Below are positions 62,301 through 64,000 of a DNA stretch of 64,000 nucleotides, one piece after another. Positions within the stretch are counted from its first letter, which is position 1; every line of letters begins with the position of its first letter. A program made the translations under genes and the position numbers. The stretch covers positions 32,001 through 96,000 of the forward strand of contig CAWEJX010000020.1 in NCBI GenBank assembly GCA_963809485.1, written 5' to 3'. This stretch comes from an uncultured Acidobacteriota bacterium (GTDB lineage Bacteria; Acidobacteriota; UBA6911). The notes under the pieces were generated by a model that was not told the origin of the DNA, did no database searches, and saw nothing but the letters and a program-made list of their open reading frames with translations.

Positions 62301-64000
62301 TCTGAGCAGTGAAGCCCTAATTGTCGAGTCCTTAGTTCCATACTGCCCCTTTAAAACCAGCAATGCCTTATTTGCAAATAACTCCACTTTTGCAGCATTC
62401 CCATCGTGACGATAGGAGACGGCCAATTGGAGTAGAAGGTTGGATTGCGTTGTGCTAGAAATCCGCCCAATTCTACTCAGGCTTCGCGTTATAAGCCTGG
62501 TTGCCTTCCTAGCCGATCCAAGGGCACAATAGCTCTCTGCAGCATTAATCGTAATTTCAGACAATACATCAGGAGGGTAGTTATTTCTCGTAGCCAAGAC
62601 ATACTCATAAAACAAAAGCGCACTATCATATGAATGATCGTTTTTGCATTCTGCAGCAGCATTGAGGGCATATTCAGTTGCCTTTTCGCGATGTTCACCC
62701 TGCATATAATGTACGGCCAATTCTTGGAGGTGGCCTTCTGGACCATACTCCTGTTCAAGCACCTCGGCGATTTTGCGATGCATCCTCCGTCGCATCGGCT
62801 TTGGCAGACTGCCACGGATCACTTCCGCAATCAGTGCATGGCGAAATTCCACGGTTTCATCTGATTCCTTAGCCTCCACACGCACCATCTGGCGATGGCT
62901 CAGTTCCTGCAACGCCTCGTTCGTTTCAGCCGAGCTTTTGGACATGACTGAAATCAGCGTTCCTTTGGAAACAGCCCGCTCCATTAAAGCCAGCCAGCGA
63001 GACAGCTCCTGGGCAAGTGAGGACAACTGGTGCAGACGACGCTGAAGAACCGCACTCAAGCTGGCCGGGACATCGAGGTTTTTCAAATCCTCATTGATAA
63101 ATATCCACGCACCCGACTCACAGCGGAGCAATTCCTGCTCAACCAGGTGCTTCATCATTTCTTCCAGAAAAAACGGATTGCCCCCAATATTTCTATACAT
63201 CCAGGATCCCAAGGTCACCCTTAGATTCCGATCTCCCGTCATTGCGGCAACCAAGTCCTGAACGTGATCCTGAGATAACGGTTCCAGCGTTACGACTTCC
63301 CCGCGCTGTTGCCGCACAACAAGCTCCATGAGCTTACCCAGCATTGCCTTGGGCTCCTCCCCGGTACGCAGGCTGACACACAGAAGAACCGCATGAGCCT
63401 GTATATCCGAACTCAGGTAATCCAGAACTGTGCAGGTGGCTTCGTCCGCCATGTTAAAGTCATCCAATAACAGCAGGGTTGGATGCTCTTTAAGACGCCG
63501 GACCAGTTCCCGGGTCAGCAAGTCCCGGAATTGCCCGGCCGCAAACTCAGAGGAAGACTCAAACGCGCCCGAATCCGGCACCCGGGGTGAATTCCCAAAA
63601 TCAAATAGCGCTTCTCCCTCCGCCGGCTCGGTTCGGGCCAATATCTGGCGGAAGGGTGCGTACGATCCATCCTCGCGCGTCCCACAAGTCCCCTCAATAA
63701 CCCTCCATCCTTCCAGAAGTGCCCAGCTTCTTAGTTCCTCCATGCACCTTGTCTTCCCGGATCCGGCTTCTCCTGTCAGGAATACTGTCCACCCCCGGCG
63801 GTTTCCCCGCACTCTATCAGCGCAATCCTGCAGGATCGTCATTTCTTTTTCCCGGCCGACAAACCGGGTGATGGAAAAATGACTTTCCAGTTCTTTCACG
63901 TCCATCGCCAAACAGTCTTTGCCGATGGCCTCGCCCAGCGGCCGCAACACTTCTTCCCTGGAATGAGGCCGTTTTGAAGGATCTTTGTCCAAAAGTCTGC
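59373..64000 (-). CDS. Giant sigma54-dependent activator: (kinase tail)-AAA/STAND NTPase-TPR-GAF-sigma54 interaction domain, 5'-truncated
   Basis: KDPSKRP kinase-tail-like motif; GEAGSGKT, GGNPFF; helical repeats; GAF; GESGTGKE, GAFTGA, FLDEI. Confidence 0.9.
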   Translation of the reverse strand, partial: RLLDKDPSKRPHSREEVLRPLGEAIGKDCLAMDVKELESHFSITRFVGREKEMTILQDCADRVRGNRRGWTVFLTGEAGSGKTRCMEELRSWALLEGWRVIEGTCGTREDGSYAPFRQILARTEPAEGEALFDFGNSPRVPDSGAFESSSEFAAGQFRDLLTRELVRRLKEHPTLLLLDDFNMADEATCTVLDYLSSDIQAHAVLLCVSLRTGEEPKAMLGKLMELVVRQQRGEVVTLEPLSQDHVQDLVAAMTGDRNLRVTLGSWMYRNIGGNPFFLEEMMKHLVEQELLRCESGAWIFINEDLKNLDVPASLSAVLQRRLHQLSSLAQELSRWLALMERAVSKGTLISVMSKSSAETNEALQELSHRQMVRVEAKESDETVEFRHALIAEVIRGSLPKPMRRRMHRKIAEVLEQEYGPEGHLQELAVHYMQGEHREKATEYALNAAAECKNDHSYDSALLFYEYVLATRNNYPPDVLSEITINAAESYCALGSARKATRLITRSLSRIGRISSTTQSNLLLQLAVSYRHDGNAAKVELFANKALLVLKGQYGTKDSTIRASLLRHLAYCQLIKSHPRQGLLLLNRALRAMSREKASVAVGQIYALVSALQRVACDLDSAVSAAKKSVDILAQYEDFGALGVAHSHYGACLLARGRFAKALEHHERAVKISEECRSIPLRSQALSNYAECLCRDGQLAEAKAASERAVRFSIESGNPILQHSCQATLADIKITTGDYQGANDILCKLDFEISPFVAIFSKAQASYLSAWLNFELGDFDLSLAYVTQLAKLETSEAPVYERELGEAIRACILFQRAREADAIRLLSNLNKAVTIKHWPYQSCLIKLYLGECLTASGDLQGASRVIRNAMRLARAMNSNLLMAKAHLILGGLNFRKLKLNSDNSITDAKNEVEIAIRLSRDCGDFELQWRSHAEMSRIEEILSNWESCLYHSSKTIECLQIIAEKVPKAKLESFWAAFARRHTMSECEKRNESLQNKRRIFSSSAVDDIQEQQIRTLLRVSRVINSIRELDPLLESIVDLLIEAVGIERALVFIKNESTGNLELFKGRNIKRESLDGAHAISQDILEEVSRKGSPFVSADAQGDPRVANKEHIVAFQLGTILCAPLKVSGRVLGVLYADHSSPARSLSESTISLFAAFCNLAAIAIDNALAHQQLIREKTELEQYLHQAREGYAEIIGESIAVKELRRRIGRAADSPLDILITGESGTGKELVARAIYRTGRRKSGRFVPVDCGSLSDSLAEAELFGYRKGAFTGATENRQGLLEAANGGVIFLDEIANLPLRLQAKLLRVLQEREIRRLGETAPRKIDIQVLAATNKDLIKEMRIGTFRKDFYYRLKAMEIQVPTLRERQDDIPILLAWALSKTAEMEGGRVKRFSPSAINVLKKYSYPGNVRELIKIVEGAYFSTTDSILDVNHLPLDVRNAMPREANLELETAEGLFNDILDKRGSFADLVKKPFSSHQLGPSVVRAVLHKALKQAKGNYREAFEILGIPARQYSSIMLFLKRNNCYLEYRQFRSSRAN

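Overview
GC-rich bacterial genomic DNA. The gene content (Oar-type TonB receptor, eukaryote-like Ser/Thr kinase, many TPR and lipoprotein genes) suggests an Acidobacteriota-like lineage (inference). Frameshifts in core genes at 3.7-11 kb and 57-59 kb look like long-read indels. Layout: housekeeping genes at 0-21 kb (maf, nadK, tlyA, ispA, xseAB, rfbC, GT2, dacB, AlaX-like, hslVU, fsa/tal, folC, tRNA-Val); an accessory block at 21.5-39.4 kb (truncated kinase, tannase-like hydrolase, UroD/MtaA-like protein, MFS, and a flippase/methyltransferase/radical-SAM biosynthetic operon); a two-component system with a response regulator fused to a formate/nitrite channel; more housekeeping genes (glgC, lepB, CCA enzyme, rlmI); and a signalling locus at 53.6-64 kb, much of it lower in GC. 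The strongest candidate for a new system is in that locus. Two unannotated micro-ORFs, MASGILWL and MQTEIEILETRENPSVLWM, have strong RBSs, share a C-terminal [IV]LW[LM] motif and follow a sigma54-like promoter. They are flanked by an RRE-like/M50-peptidase/HlyD fusion, a membrane-sensor HD-GYP protein and a giant kinase-NTPase-TPR-GAF sigma54 activator. Together these suggest a Trp-peptide signalling circuit coupled to c-di-GMP; this model is inference and untested.
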